Assembly (NCBI GenBank): GCA_052426225.1
Contig: JBNJNM010000011.1
Location: forward strand, 558,001-622,000
Length of the DNA stretch: 64,000 nt
Source of the DNA: Zancudomyces culisetae HAW-14-8
Lineage: Eukaryota > Fungi > Kickxellomycota
Reading direction: 5' to 3'
Positions 1 to 13,001 of the stretch are shown here, piece after piece. Made by a program: the position numbers and the translations under genes. The number at the start of each line of letters is the position of its first letter. Within the stretch, counting starts at the first letter, position 1. The notes under the pieces were generated by a model. It was not told the origin of the DNA, made no database searches, and saw only the letters and a program-made list of their open reading frames with translations.

Positions 1-1164
1 CCAAACGTTGAACCTATCCTTTGGGCGGCCTTGATCCTGTTGTTGTGTTTCTTATTCAACGTGCTAGGTGGTAGAAGCTTTGCAGAGTTCGAATTCTGGT
101 TCTCGTTGATTAAGGTTGTTGCTATAGTCGCATTTATTGTGATTGCCATCTGTGTCGCAGCTGGATGGATTGGTGGTGTGAAGTATGGATTTACCAACTG
201 GTCTGGTGAAAACGGCGCATTTGCGGGAGGAGTTGGTGGTGTGGTTAAGGTCTTCCTTGTTGCTGGTTTCTCCTTCCAGGGTACTGAAATCATTGGAACC
301 ACATCTGGTGAATCCTCAAACCCAACAAAAGATATTCCAACAGCTATTCGATCAATTTTCTGGCGTATCCTTTTGTTTTATGTACTCACTATCTTCCTTG
401 TTGGTTTAATTGTACCATCAAACACTCCAGGTCTCTTGGACGGTGACGTTGACAATCTTGCTGTTTCTCCTCTGGTTATTGTATTGAGGTTGGCTAAAAT
501 TCAACCAGCTGCCCATATAATGAACGCAGTCATTCTAACTTCAGTTTTTTCAGCAGGAAACTCAGGTCTGTATCTTACAACACGTACTCTTTACGCTCTT
601 GCATTGGAGAGAAGCGCTCCAAAGCTATTCACCAGGACCACTAAAAGCGGCACCCCTATTTTCTCGCTTATTTTAAACGTATTTCTTGTGTGCGTTTTTG
701 TTGGTGTTTCCTATATTGGTGATCAGGTAGTCTACTTGTGGCTGGTAAACCTCACTGGAATTGCAGGGTTTATTGCGTGGCTTGGAATTCTTGTTACTCA
801 CTACAGATTCAGAAAAGCATACATCTACCAAGGCTACAACATTAAGGATCTTCCATACAGAGCATCGCTGTATCCCTTCGGTCCTATCTTCTCATTCCTC
901 ATGTTGGCTTTTGCATGTATTGGTCAAGGTTACACCAGTATTTTTGGAGATGATGGATTTGTTGTTGACGATTTCTTGCAGGCTTATCTTGGGTTCCCAA
1001 TTTTCCTTGCTCTGTTTTTCTTCTGGAAGTTCTACAAGCGCACCAAGTTTGTAAAACTTGCTGAGATGGACTTGGAAACCGATAACTATATTGCCCAAGG
1101 TTTTGTCAATTACTCCCAAGAACTTAAAACATTTGGAGCCAAGCTTAGATCTATGTTATATTAA
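1..1164 (+). CDS. Amino acid permease (APC superfamily, YAT/LysP-like), 5' end outside window
   Basis: Frame is open from base 1 to TAA at 1162-1164. Motifs FAEFEFWFSLIKV, GFSFQGTE, IFWRILLFY, SAGNSGLY and HYRFRKAY..QG...DLPY. Many TM segments. Confidence 0.93.
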   Translation, partial: PNVEPILWAALILLLCFLFNVLGGRSFAEFEFWFSLIKVVAIVAFIVIAICVAAGWIGGVKYGFTNWSGENGAFAGGVGGVVKVFLVAGFSFQGTEIIGTTSGESSNPTKDIPTAIRSIFWRILLFYVLTIFLVGLIVPSNTPGLLDGDVDNLAVSPLVIVLRLAKIQPAAHIMNAVILTSVFSAGNSGLYLTTRTLYALALERSAPKLFTRTTKSGTPIFSLILNVFLVCVFVGVSYIGDQVVYLWLVNLTGIAGFIAWLGILVTHYRFRKAYIYQGYNIKDLPYRASLYPFGPIFSFLMLAFACIGQGYTSIFGDDGFVVDDFLQAYLGFPIFLALFFFWKFYKRTKFVKLAEMDLETDNYIAQGFVNYSQELKTFGAKLRSMLY

Positions 1165-1593
1165 TACCCTTGCTTTTTTTAATCTAATCGTTTTTTTCTG
1201 TTGAAAATTATTTACATTATTCCCCCCCCCTTTCTTTTGCACGTATTAGGTTTGATGTATGATGTACCAATTTATAAAACATTGCTAACAATATTCTTCT
1301 GTTTGTCTTTCCAATGTTCCAGTTCAAAATATAAACAGAATCTAGAGAAAGTTGACCAAAGCGCACTGCAAGGGTGGTCCAAGACATGTTATGTGAATGA
1401 AAGGACGGTGTCAGCCGAATCTGACTGCCCCAGACCGACTCTATCAGAAAACGGATGAGCTCTTTGAGCTAACACCTGGGTTGGTACCAGAATCCCTAGA
1501 TTGGGAAGGAGAGTGATTGGGTGGATATGTATTATATAGAATGCTCTTTTATTAACTTCACAGAGTATGTATTTAGTAAATTAGTTATAAATG

Positions 1594-1621
1594 ATAATAA
1601 TAATAATAATAATAATAATAA
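1594..1621. repeat. (AAT)n microsatellite
   Basis: About 9 perfect ATA/AAT units, just downstream of the Amt stop codon. Confidence 0.9.
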
Positions 1622-1654
1622 CAGTAGCAATAAAAATAACAATAACAATAAAAG

Positions 1655-4094
1655 CTAGCGAGAGTGTGTTGTACTGATAGAAAGTCCGTCGTTTTCTACT
1701 TCATACACTGCATCAAGGTAATGATACCCGTTTTCCCCCATTTCAAAATCGTCGGATCCTAAATTACTACTGTAATTGTAGCAGGTGGCAGTGTCGACAG
1801 CCTCAGATGTATTACCATTTGTGAAATCAATGAAATCGGATCTGAGGTTTAGAATTTCAAATTTAGACATTAGGTACGCGAGGATAAATGTTACAGTGAC
1901 AGACCATGCGATGCATACCACACATGCAAGAAGTTGTATTGGAACTTGTATAAAGTTTCCATCTAACCAGCCACCATTTATTGCTGAGGGAGCAAATGGC
2001 GACAAGCTGGTGTTATTAGACGCGCCATCGGTTATGACATATGGAATTGAGTATTGAGACCGGGCAAACACACCGGTTAAAATGGCACCAATAATCCCGC
2101 CAATACCATGCACAGCCAGTACATCACAAACATCGCTTATTCCAAGCATATCCTTCAGTCTAGTTGCATAGTAGCAACCAGTAGCTGCAAGAATCCCAAT
2201 TACTATACTTGCCCAACAAGCAATATATCCAGCGGCTGGGGTTATGGCAACTAACCCAGCGACAGCACCATTGCAAAAGTCAACGGCAGACAACTTGTAG
2301 TTATTTTTTAATTTGCTAGTGTGTATATCAACCAGTTTATTGCTTTCCCTAATGCGGATCCGTAACTGCGCCGGCTCTGATCCTCCAGTTTCTTTACCGT
2401 GAACGTTACCAACAAGATGTTTGCCATCGGTATTTGACATAAACTGGGTTTCGAATTTACCACTCGTTTCAGCATTTTGTTCGGTTTTGTTCGTTTTGAA
2501 ACTTTTGGTGCTATCATTACTGCTATTTACTCCTGACAAATCTATCTCATCCATAACCTCATCTTCACTATTGGTATTATTGTTATTACCATAGTTAACG
2601 CTCTTTTGAGTGGGTCGAGTGGGTTTAGCCTTTTGTTTATTGAAGCAGGAGAGTAATGTCCACGTCAACCCACCCGCCGAGGCAGCCAAGTTTGTGTTCA
2701 AGAATGCGTATCCAGTGATAGCATTTGCAGCACCACTACTTCCAGCATTGAACCCAAACCAACCAAACCACAACAACACAGTTCCTAGAATTACATGGTA
2801 GATATTATTTGGTTTTTCTGAAGGAGTGCTCCCGGTTCCAGAAACAGTACTGCTATTTGTGGAGACATCTGATATCTTAGAACCAATGTATTTTCCTTTT
2901 TGATTAATAGTGATTTTTGATGCAGCCATAGTTGCGGTTTGAGTTTGATTTGTATTTTCATCTACAAATCCTCTTTTTGCATCTGAATTTATTACAGTAG
3001 TATTAAATGACTGGATGTTCTTTTCCATTTCGGAGAGTCTATTATTTTGCTCAATACTCTGGTTAGCACTGGTGGATCTAACTCGTTTATTGGCAAATTT
3101 GGACAGCACAACCGCAAGTGTGAACCCACTAATCCCGCTGTTTGCATGAACCACCAACCCACCTGCAAAGTCTAGCGCACCCATTTTAAATAACCAGCCA
3201 GAGGGTGACCAGTTCCAGTATGCGATTGGGTCATATACCAACGTGGTCCATAAGAAAAAGTATATTATACAAGGTAGCAATTTGAGCTTTCCAGCTACGG
3301 AGCCAACCGAAAGAATGGGAGTAATTGCGGCAAACATCCTATTTGAAGTAATAACATTTAAAAAGTTATTATTATTGTTGTTGTTGTTGTTGTTTTGTAT
3401 ATGGTTGAGAAGGTGAGGTGAAGTGAGGTGAGATGAGGGTATATAGAGTTTGTGTAGGTGGTTGTAAATATGTGGTTGTAATGTATAAGTTAATCTCCCA
3501 AAATAAAAGTAAATTGAAAAGGTTCATAATGATGAACATGAAAAATGAGAGAGGGAGAGATAGAGATAGATAATATGAATTTATATACCCTTGGTAAACG
3601 GCAAATACAACCACCGGAAGGTTGTAAAACACAGTATTGTTATTCAACTTGGCAAGTAGATGAGCAGGGGTGGCCACAAAGAGGGAAAGACTGGGATCAA
3701 AACCAGCAAACGGCGTTATATTCTGAGGCTTTGTGGAAAAGACGAGAGGAAACCCAATAAGACACCACTGTAAGCTAACAACTGATAATGAAAGCAAACT
3801 TAACATGAGAATGGAGAGCGAATAGCGAGGATGGGATACCAATCCACTGTAGAAATATCCTACGCCTGGAATCATAAGAAACACAAGAGCAGTGGAGAAC
3901 ATCATCCATGCGATATCGCCAGATTCGCCAGGTTGAATAGTGTAGACTGACGATTGTTGGTGAATGGGTGGTGTGGTGGGTGTTACTGTGGATGGTGTGA
4001 TTATGGGTGTGGTTGCAACTGTGGCCATGACCATGGTTGCTATTGTTGTTGTACCAGTGATTATTGCTGTTAATGGTGTGGATTGTGTTGACAT
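1655..4094 (-). CDS. Ammonium transporter (Amt/Mep family), 2 exons: 4094-3589 and 3338-1655
   Basis: GT-AG intron 3588-3339 joins AVYQ-G-MFAAIT, the Amt motif. Also GDIAWMMFSTALVFLMIPGVGYFYSG, DFAGGLVVH, WFGWFGFNAGS, GLVAITP and AVHGIGG; both twin-His residues are present. Confidence 0.95.
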
Positions 4095-5628
4095 TTTGTG
4101 AAATTTTACTAATGTGAAAGAAAATAAAATAGAAGCAAAAGTAGCAGTATGATAAATATCAATTAAAATTATTCGATTATGTTTGGTTTCTTTTACGTAT
4201 ATATATATTTTTTTCTTTCTTCTTCTAGTAATATCTTTATTCTTCCACCATAAAAATGCTGGAATAAAACTGAAGATAGATAAACTCTTAAACGCTTTGT
4301 TCATTTAATATTTCCTTTCTCATCACATCTTTTATATTCAGAAATGAACAATAAAAAAAAGTGATAACAATCTTGAGTGTTAGTTATGGATAAAGATACA
4401 ATCGATTAGAACTTACGTATACGAGGGATTATGAGTAAATAAAAATAACATAAAAGTAAAAATAAAAATAAAAATAAAAGTAAAAATAAAAATTGAAGCC
4501 CGTTTGATACCCGGGAATGGTGAAAAATAGAGTTAGTAAGACGCATGTGATACAAAGAAAGAATTGAGTTTATGGATTCATGATGATGACAATGATAATG
4601 ATAATGATAATGATAGTGAGAGGTGAGAGATCAGTGATGAGAGTGGAGGATATGGAAATCTTTGTGTGTTATTGGCATTCCTTGAATATACAATACTACA
4701 CAATACTTGTATATAAAAAAAAAGGAAAAAAAAAGGAATGGTATTAGAATAACCGTATTTTACATCGTGACTTGGATAATCCTACATTCGTCATATCTAT
4801 CTTACATCTACCCTACCTTCCCTTCTCCACTTCAATCCACTTTAATCTACTTTAATCCACTTCAATCCACCAACAACCGCTTTACTCCACCCTTCATCCT
4901 CCTCCAACATTCCAACATTCCAATAATTTTGTTTTGTTTTACTTTATTAAACAATGTTAGTAGACAAAAGTAAAGTAAAAAGCAGGTAAATAAATAAACA
5001 GGTAAATCAACCCAATCCAACCAACCAACCAATTTTATCATACAAATAAGCATTAAATCCAACTTGTTCCGGTTTTATTTTAGTTTCCCCTTTACAACAA
5101 AAAAAAAAGGAAAAAAAAAGAAAAATATGCTAATCGATGAAATCGATAAGCAATTATGATTACAATACAACTTGTCGTAAAGGTCCATTATTGTCCCCCT
5201 CTCTCCCTCCTCCTTCCTCCCTTCCGAACATCCTCCCCCACCCCTCTTTCTAAAACTCTCTTCTTTATTTCTTTACACTAAAATGATAAAAGAAAAAGTA
5301 AACGAGGAAGGAAGGGGGTGGTGAGAGTGAGTGTGTGGAGGAAGAAGAGGGGAAAGAGGGATGGGATGGGATGGGATGAGGGGGGGGGGGGGGAGAAGGG
5401 ATAACCGGATGAAAAAAAAAAACAAAAACAAACTATAATGATCAAACATGATAACCAAATGTTTACGAGATACTTTTTTTTTCTTTTTTTCTTTTTTTTT
5501 TTCACCAATTCATTTAGTAATAGTAATACTTGTATACCTTTTTAAATACAAGAAATATAAAAATAAAACAAATTAAAACAAATTAAAATAAAATAGAACA
5601 ATAAAATAAAATAATTCACAATATTCAA

Positions 5629-8600
5629 TTACTTACAAGCCAACGAAAAACAATACTCTCCAAACACCCCCAAAAATACTTGTAAATGAACCAAAAGCAC
5701 ATTGTCACCAGCAAAATGCATGTGACAGTTCAATAAACGTACCAAACTTGGATACGCGGGTTTCATCACATGCTCCACAACCAAATCAAACGGATCATTG
5801 TCATCACCAATACTACCGCTATTCTTGTTATTCTTGCTGTTGTCTTTTTCATTGGTCTTTTGTACTGAAATGTGTCTTGATATTTCTGAAACGAAAAAGG
5901 TCAACAAAGCAACTACACTATATCGGTAATTGGTCCGTTGTCCATTATTAAGGAAATTGAGAAGGTTGGCGCTATATCCTTGAAACACGCCACCACCACC
6001 ACTGCTGGTACCAGCACCAGCACCAGCACCAGTGGTCGAGTTGATACTTTTCTTTGTTACTCCGTTTCTGTTATTAGTACTAGTTCTACTGTTGTTATCG
6101 TCATCAGTTTCGTCATCAGTTTGTTCATCCGTCACATGATTTTCACTACTGATCGATAATTTGGCACCATTGCTATTGTAAGCCTTTTTTGTTTGTGTTG
6201 GTTTACAAAGAGAGTAAAATGAATTTTCCGGATACATTGACAAGTCAAAGGACAAGGCGTCTGTACCGGCCTTTTCCTCACTCTCGTTCACACTATCACT
6301 GCTGTGTCCAAAGGTATAACTATAACAATCCAAAATATCAGATGCCATCCCTGCCAACCGAGAAATAATTACAGACAACTTTTCGGAATCACCCGAGTAC
6401 AGGTTGTACAGTTTGATCAGCAGCATCAAGGAAGCCATAGTAGAGCAGGACTCTTGGCGTGTTAGGGAAGGCAGTTGTGGCATGACGCCACATTCTACCA
6501 GCATTGTCCTGAGTCGCAGGTTGGTATTGAAACGGCGTGAAAACTGACGGGATGATTCTAAAGCATTCAACAGAATCAGCAGATTGTCAAAGGTGTAAGA
6601 GTCATTGGTGAATGGAAGGGAGGGATATGTAGGTAGGGATAGACCATAAATGGATTTTGGAAGATTTGAAGACAGTGATGAAGTAGAGTGCTGCTGAGTA
6701 TGTTGAATTGGAATGGAGTTTGATAAATTATCGGACAAAAAGCTTTGGTGACAGTTAAAGAGGGGACTAATAAAGATATCACCAATGGTGTTTATGAGCT
6801 GCAAATGTAGCACACAGGAAAGAGTAATTTCATGGTAAAGTTCCTTTTGTGATTTATCTGAAGGCGCCGTTGGGATGTTGTTTTCACCTTCTACAGACTT
6901 TTCATCAGCACTGGATAGTATTGGAGAATTTGGCGACAGCACATCAAATAACAAGTAAGGCAAGGAGTAATCCATGACTTTTGTAAAAGTCCTAACAACC
7001 AAGAATTGAGAAGAAGTATCCAACAATGATTTGGTCTTATCAACCAAATCTTGCAAACAAGCCGCGCCAATTCGACACAGAGTCTCTCCACCACTATTTA
7101 CAGATGTTTCGCGAGAAAAGCAAATGCAACTGGATAACAAGTCCAATAGTTTTTCCAGAAAGATTGGAGTGCAAGAAGGCTTATCCTTTTCCTCGTTGAG
7201 TAGATGTACAAACAGATCAATCAAATGACGTAGTGCTTTTACCAGCGTAGTAGAAATATACAACTCAACCTGTTCAGAGTGAAGAGAAGAATTCCCATTA
7301 AAGCTAGAAAACAAGTCGAAGGCAATTGTATCAAGGAAAAGTATAAAGTTGTTTTTCGGTGTAGTTGTGGTTGTCGGTGTAGTTGTAGATTCGGTTGTGG
7401 ATTGATCAGAAAAGAAAAACAAATGATTGGATTTAGCCAACAAATAAATAGAATCCAAAGCAGACGATCGCACTTCCAAATCATCACTTGTTTTAACAAT
7501 ACGGTGTAAGGAAAGAAGAATGGAAAAGTGAGGATTACGGTTGAATAAAAGAGAAAGTTGGTCAACAGCAGCAAGAGAGAGTTTTGGTTGGAGAGATTGG
7601 ACTCCATAATCGGTAAGAGTTTGAATCAATTCAGTAAAATTACTATCAACATTATTAGAAGGGTTGTTGTTGGAGGTAGTGTTGGCATGGAAATGAAGAT
7701 GGATATGTTTCGCAGCCAATAAAACCAAATCCAAACCAAGCTCAGAAATCAAAAGATCACTATCATAGGCAGCAGTCTTTGAAGCCAACAAAACAGCCTT
7801 CCATCCACTTCTAAGCTTGGAATGCTTGGCTTCAACCAGTTGTTTAAGGCACCGAAGAACCATGTCTTTTACAGTCAAATCACCAACCTGCGTCATATGG
7901 CCATTGGTAACAACCACAAGGTTGCACTGATGCTCCAAAACCGTGACAAAGGGTCGAAGAAACTGCTTTTGGAACTGGAAATCCAACACTTCATCCAAAT
8001 CCAAATCCAAAAAGTCCTGTGAAAGCTGCCGTAATGAATCCAGAGTAAAAATGGCTACTTGGGTATTGGGATGGGAGCCAGCTCGATCAAACAAGTCGCC
8101 GAGAACAGCCCAAATATGCGACCACTCGAATCGAATACGTGCCATGTTGTACCGAGCTATTTCGACTATACGAGTCAGCATATGTAAAGGAGGAGTTGAA
8201 CCCTGGTGGGAGGATACAGCAGTATGTTGAAGATGAGAATTGAGATTTGGATTAAGGTTGGTGTTGGTGTTGGTGTTGGTGTTGGTATTGAGATTTGAAT
8301 TAGGGTTGGTGTTGGTGTTGAGGTTGGAATTGGAGTTGGAGTTGGAGTTAGGATTGTAATGAGAACGAGTATGGATGTGGTCAAGATTACTATCATAGAC
8401 AGATTTTCTAGAATAAAGAGAAGAAGATTTGGTTAGAGTAATTTCATCCATAGCAACAATTGAGATTGCCTTTACAAAATCAACAATTCCATTTCCGGAC
8501 AAATTCACAGAGGTTACAAAGATCCGATCAACAACAAGACCCAACACATACGAATAGGTTTGACGAACGAAGGTCTTGAGGTTTGCAGCAGAGATGGATT

Positions 8601-11600
8601 TTCTGGCCTCAACAATCTCGGAATTAGGAGTGTTGGCAAAGACAGAGGCTACATTTGGATTTGGTGAAACAAAGAAATTGGCATCGTCAATAGAATTAAC
8701 CCCAGGAGAATCAAATCTAGAAGCGGGGGTTTCATCAGGATTATAACCGCCATTGCCAATTCCTCCAACACCATTATTATCGATGGTATTCCTTTCATAA
8801 GAATGGTTTTGAGGATTGAGAGACTCGTCATAGGTAATATTTGAATTTGGAGTTGTTATCCCCGTAATGGACTGGTTAGGACTGTTTCCAAGACTAGTTG
8901 CTGCTGACCCGTATGCGCTATTGACAACGGGGTTTTCCAACAATGACAGCCGTTCCAATAACGATACACATTGCAGTACAGGCATCCAGTCATCCTGCAA
9001 ACCATTCCCAACATCTGGTCGAAGCAGTGCAACTTCCAGCAATGCACGAGTGGCTTCTAATTGCTTGTTTGTAATAGATGCAGACGACGATTCGAGGTTG
9101 TCACCACTAATGCCACCACTAAGACTACTGCCACTGCCACTACCACTACCACCAAGACTGCCACCACTACCGGCACCGCTACCAAGAATATGGCTTCCCA
9201 AAACAGTAAACCTGGATAAACTAGATACATATGCAGCACGTTCTAGAGGAAGTCGGAACCGACAAGCCAGTGTAACACCACACTGCATACCAACCAAACA
9301 CTCATAAATAACACGAGGATCACGGCTGGTTTGTAACGGAGAAGAAAGAGCAGCCAAAACAGGAGCCCAAACAGCCTCAAACATCGCTGAAACATGCTCG
9401 GCACGAGTGGCTACAGTAAACTGAACCATTTCAGAATACCAGCGCGCGTTCAAAGTCGAATCCAGCTGGAAAATAGCCCGGATTCGCTGCTCAGATTTAG
9501 TCGCCATCATTGTCGACCGCTCCTTCATCAACATTGCCAGCTTGCTATGTGCTTGTCTGCCACGCCGCCATTGATCAAAGAACGTGTTGGCTCCTCCTCC
9601 CCCTCCTCCTCCAGCTTCAGCTCCATTCCCAACTATCAACAAATCTGTAGCTGCATGGCGCAACGGATCGTCCAGCAATTTGATTTCGTTGGTTCTGATG
9701 TCTTCATAAATAACATCCAAATACTCTGGGTTCAGATCTGCCCCATTGTTGATCCCTCGATTGTTTTTGAAAAACTGTTCCTTTGTCATCTTGTTCTTGA
9801 CCTGCGCCGAATGCAAATCTGTATTCAACATAATAATACTAAACGCCAACACATAAGCCGCCTGCGCATTGGCAAACTCTGAGTTTTCCTTATTCTCCTC
9901 CACATACTTTTCTGCAAACTTTTGCATAATCCGATCGATCTTCTGTGCCTCGCCTGGTAGCCTGAAACCCTGCAAAAACTTACGCAACGCATCGGTAATC
10001 GTCAATCCCTCAAAGCTGTTCAGATCAACAAACTGATGCATCACCTTCTCACACGTTTCATCCTTCTCACCCAAATACTCTCCTAGCTTCATTTTATCAA
10101 TTTGCCCTTCCACACTAGCCTTTTGCAAAAACCGAGCAATTGCCTCTGGTTCTGAGCTCTCTATAAACCCATCTTCCACCAATGCCCTGATTCCTCGACT
10201 GGGCTTCTTATTAAACACCGCTATATACTTGCTATACTTTTCTTTACGCTTCCTGTTCTCAAATAGCTTTTCAATATTCTCCTTGTCATCCTGTTGCTCT
10301 ACACCAATTGTACTCCTGGTCTGCACTCGTGACATTGATGCCTCGCTTCCACTCGCATCGACTTCCTCTTCAACTATCTTTCCCATACTTTCTGTCCTTC
10401 GTCTCTGTGGCTCTCCAAACCCTTGTTGTTGTTGTTGTTGTTGTTGTTTCTGTTGGCCACTTCCTGTGTTTATCATCATCCGGTCACTCCACAGTACCAT
10501 ACTCTGCAACATTGCTGTCAGCGAATTTAGTGCCGATTGCCGCAAATTATATTCGCCGCTCGTCGTTTCCACCATATTTCTTGTCCCGCTACTACTCTTT
10601 GCACTTGACTGTGAATATGTCTGCGTTGTCCGCCTCTTCTTTTCCATCTGCATCTCTGCTTTTTGCTTCTTGAGTCCGGCTGTCCTAAAAATCGACGTCT
10701 CTTCATCCTGCACTTTTTTCCACAAATAATTCTCTGCTGTCTCTCTGCCACTTGTGTTCATCCTCGACCACTCTGGCCACATTGCTGTCGATATACTCCC
10801 TCCACTGATTCTACACAACTGTTCTGCAAGCCGCTGAAACACTTGCACTTGCGATTTTTGATCACAATCATAATTCAAATATAACTCCACCACCAGTGAT
10901 GGATCGCGTAAAATCCGCTCAAATAACATTAGGTATCGTTCTCTCTGTGCTACTGATCCTACATGCTTCATCGCCAAAATCGGAAACACAATCTCTTTCA
11001 TCATCACCTCAATCTCCTGCTTCATAAAGCTCCTCAAATCCACCAATGTCACCTCAAACATCGAAATCGTCACATCCAACACTTCTATATTTGTTGCCAC
11101 CAAGTTTCGCGATAGTAAAATCGAAAGATATTGCTTAACCACAACTATCAGTGGAATCCATCCCTCTCCCTTCCCCTTTTGTCCATCCTCCTTCTCCCAC
11201 ACTTCATCTGCCGCTGCTTGTATCTCATGCCCAGCCTGTTCTATTTCTTTTGCTGTCTCGTTTCTTTCGCCTTCTTCTGCCTCCGCTCGCCTACCCCTAG
11301 ACATTCGCTCCAGCAACCCTGGTGTATGTGCCTTCAACTCATCTCTCATATCGCCTCTTGTCTGCTCTTTCCCCCCATCACTTTTCAAATATAAATACCC
11401 CTCGCTAAACAGCTCCGTGTATTGTGAAAGCATTGTACTCATCAGCTGAAGCGTAATCAGTCGCGAACTTTCCGTAATCATCCGAATCTCATGGTTTCCT
11501 TCGTGTATATTATCCTTTCTCATCGAAAACTTGCTCAATGCCCAAAATATTAAAAACACATCTCTAACTGCTACCTCGCCTGTCTTCTGTCTACCCTTCT

Positions 11601-13001
11601 CCCACATCTCCAATATTGTCTTTTCTGCTCTGCCACATATCGCCCCAATCATTTGAAACAGCGCTCCACTTGCTACTGCCTCATTCCCTCCAATTACTCC
11701 CAACAAATACACATTTATTACTGTCCTTACTCCCCGAAGTAACGAGCCTTGATGTACCTCAAGATCTTTACTCAGTGTTATTGCCAACAACGCCTTCACT
11801 ATCTGCAATTGCACCACCTCTGATGTCGATGACCCAGAAAATGCTCTACATACTATCCCTACCATTCTGTCTGTAAGCTTTGACACTGGTGTCTCCCAAT
11901 CCTTCGCTCTCTCCCCCATACTTGCCAAATACTCTTCCGCCTTTTCTTTTTCTCTTCCCTTTCCTTTTCCTTTTTCCTTTTCACTATCCTTGAGAATTTC
12001 CCTTTCTTTTTTGGCTATTCGACTAAACATCCTGAACGAAACTAACTTCTCCACAATATCCATCATCAAAACTATCTCATCCGTATACACCTTTGAAGGG
12101 TCCCCGATTTGCTCTAGTCCCTCAAGCAACGTCCTTGCTTCTTCAATTCCCATCCACTCTGCCTCCCCATCTCGTTGGCCTTCTACTTTTCCTTCCAGTA
12201 TTCCTATTTATTTTTATTTTTACTTTTATTTTATCTTGATTTTTTTAAAATACTTGCCACACTATTATTATCAACCCTTAACCCAATTGTCTTTATAGTA
12301 TATTTTACATTTATTTTCTACTTACCCATACACTTCTCCAAAATCTCCTTGTTTTCCTTCCTCCTCCCATTTTTGCTTTCTTGAAGCTTCTTCATTGAGT
12401 TCAACACAAACACCAGGCTAGGAAGCGGTGCTGGTGTCTTTGGCTCTGAAATATAATCCCCAGTAACAACTTTATTCATATCCACTGCAATACCCTTTTT
12501 CTTATTCCCTTTATCCTGTTCGTCCCTCGTTATATCTCGTGTTTCACTGCTGGTTTTTGTCTCTTCTTGTGACTCTTCCTGATGAGCACGATTCGTATTT
12601 TCTATCTCGCTATCAGCTGTGGCTATATGCTCTACTTCCGTTTCGCTTTTTATCTCTTTTTTGCTGTCTATATGTTGCTCGCTTTCTAGTTCATTCCCGG
12701 CTACAGCTACAGCTTCGGCGTCACCCTCAGTTCCAGTTCCAGTTCCAGTTCCAGTTTCAGTTTCTTCTACCCCTTTCTCTACTTCATCCTCTGCCCGTTC
12801 TTTCAAAGATATATTCTTTCCCTGTTCACTCTCCTTTACTACTTTTGTCTCCTCCTCTTCATTTAATTCGCCGACATTTTCCTCTCCACTTTCTTGCTCC
12901 ATGTGTTCTTCTGGAGCTTTGATCACTTCTCGCGTCGAATCGATATTGTGCTGGCCTTTATCATCTATCAACCCACTCTGCACTTCTATCTCGTTACTCA
13001 T
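5629..13001 (-). CDS. SEC7: Sec7/BIG-type large ARF guanine-nucleotide exchange factor, 2 exons: 13001-12326 and 12203-5629
   Basis: GT-AG intron 12325-12204 fuses the 227-aa and 2174-aa ORFs in frame. DCB region (VQLQIVKALL), HUS box (LYLNYDCD), Sec7 domain with catalytic FRLPGEAQKIDR and AFSIIMLNTDLH, and HDS motifs (YNMARIRFEWSHIW, FQKQFLRPF, LRSGWK). Confidence 0.96.

Noticed and set aside
3372-4304. 310-aa ORF taken as a separate gene
   Set aside because: It is Amt exon 1 plus read-through into the intron and upstream sequence.
8867-10884. Antisense ORFs within SEC7 (also within USO1, SNX-RGS and other genes)
   Set aside because: Shadow ORFs caused by codon bias and repeats of the real gene on the opposite strand.
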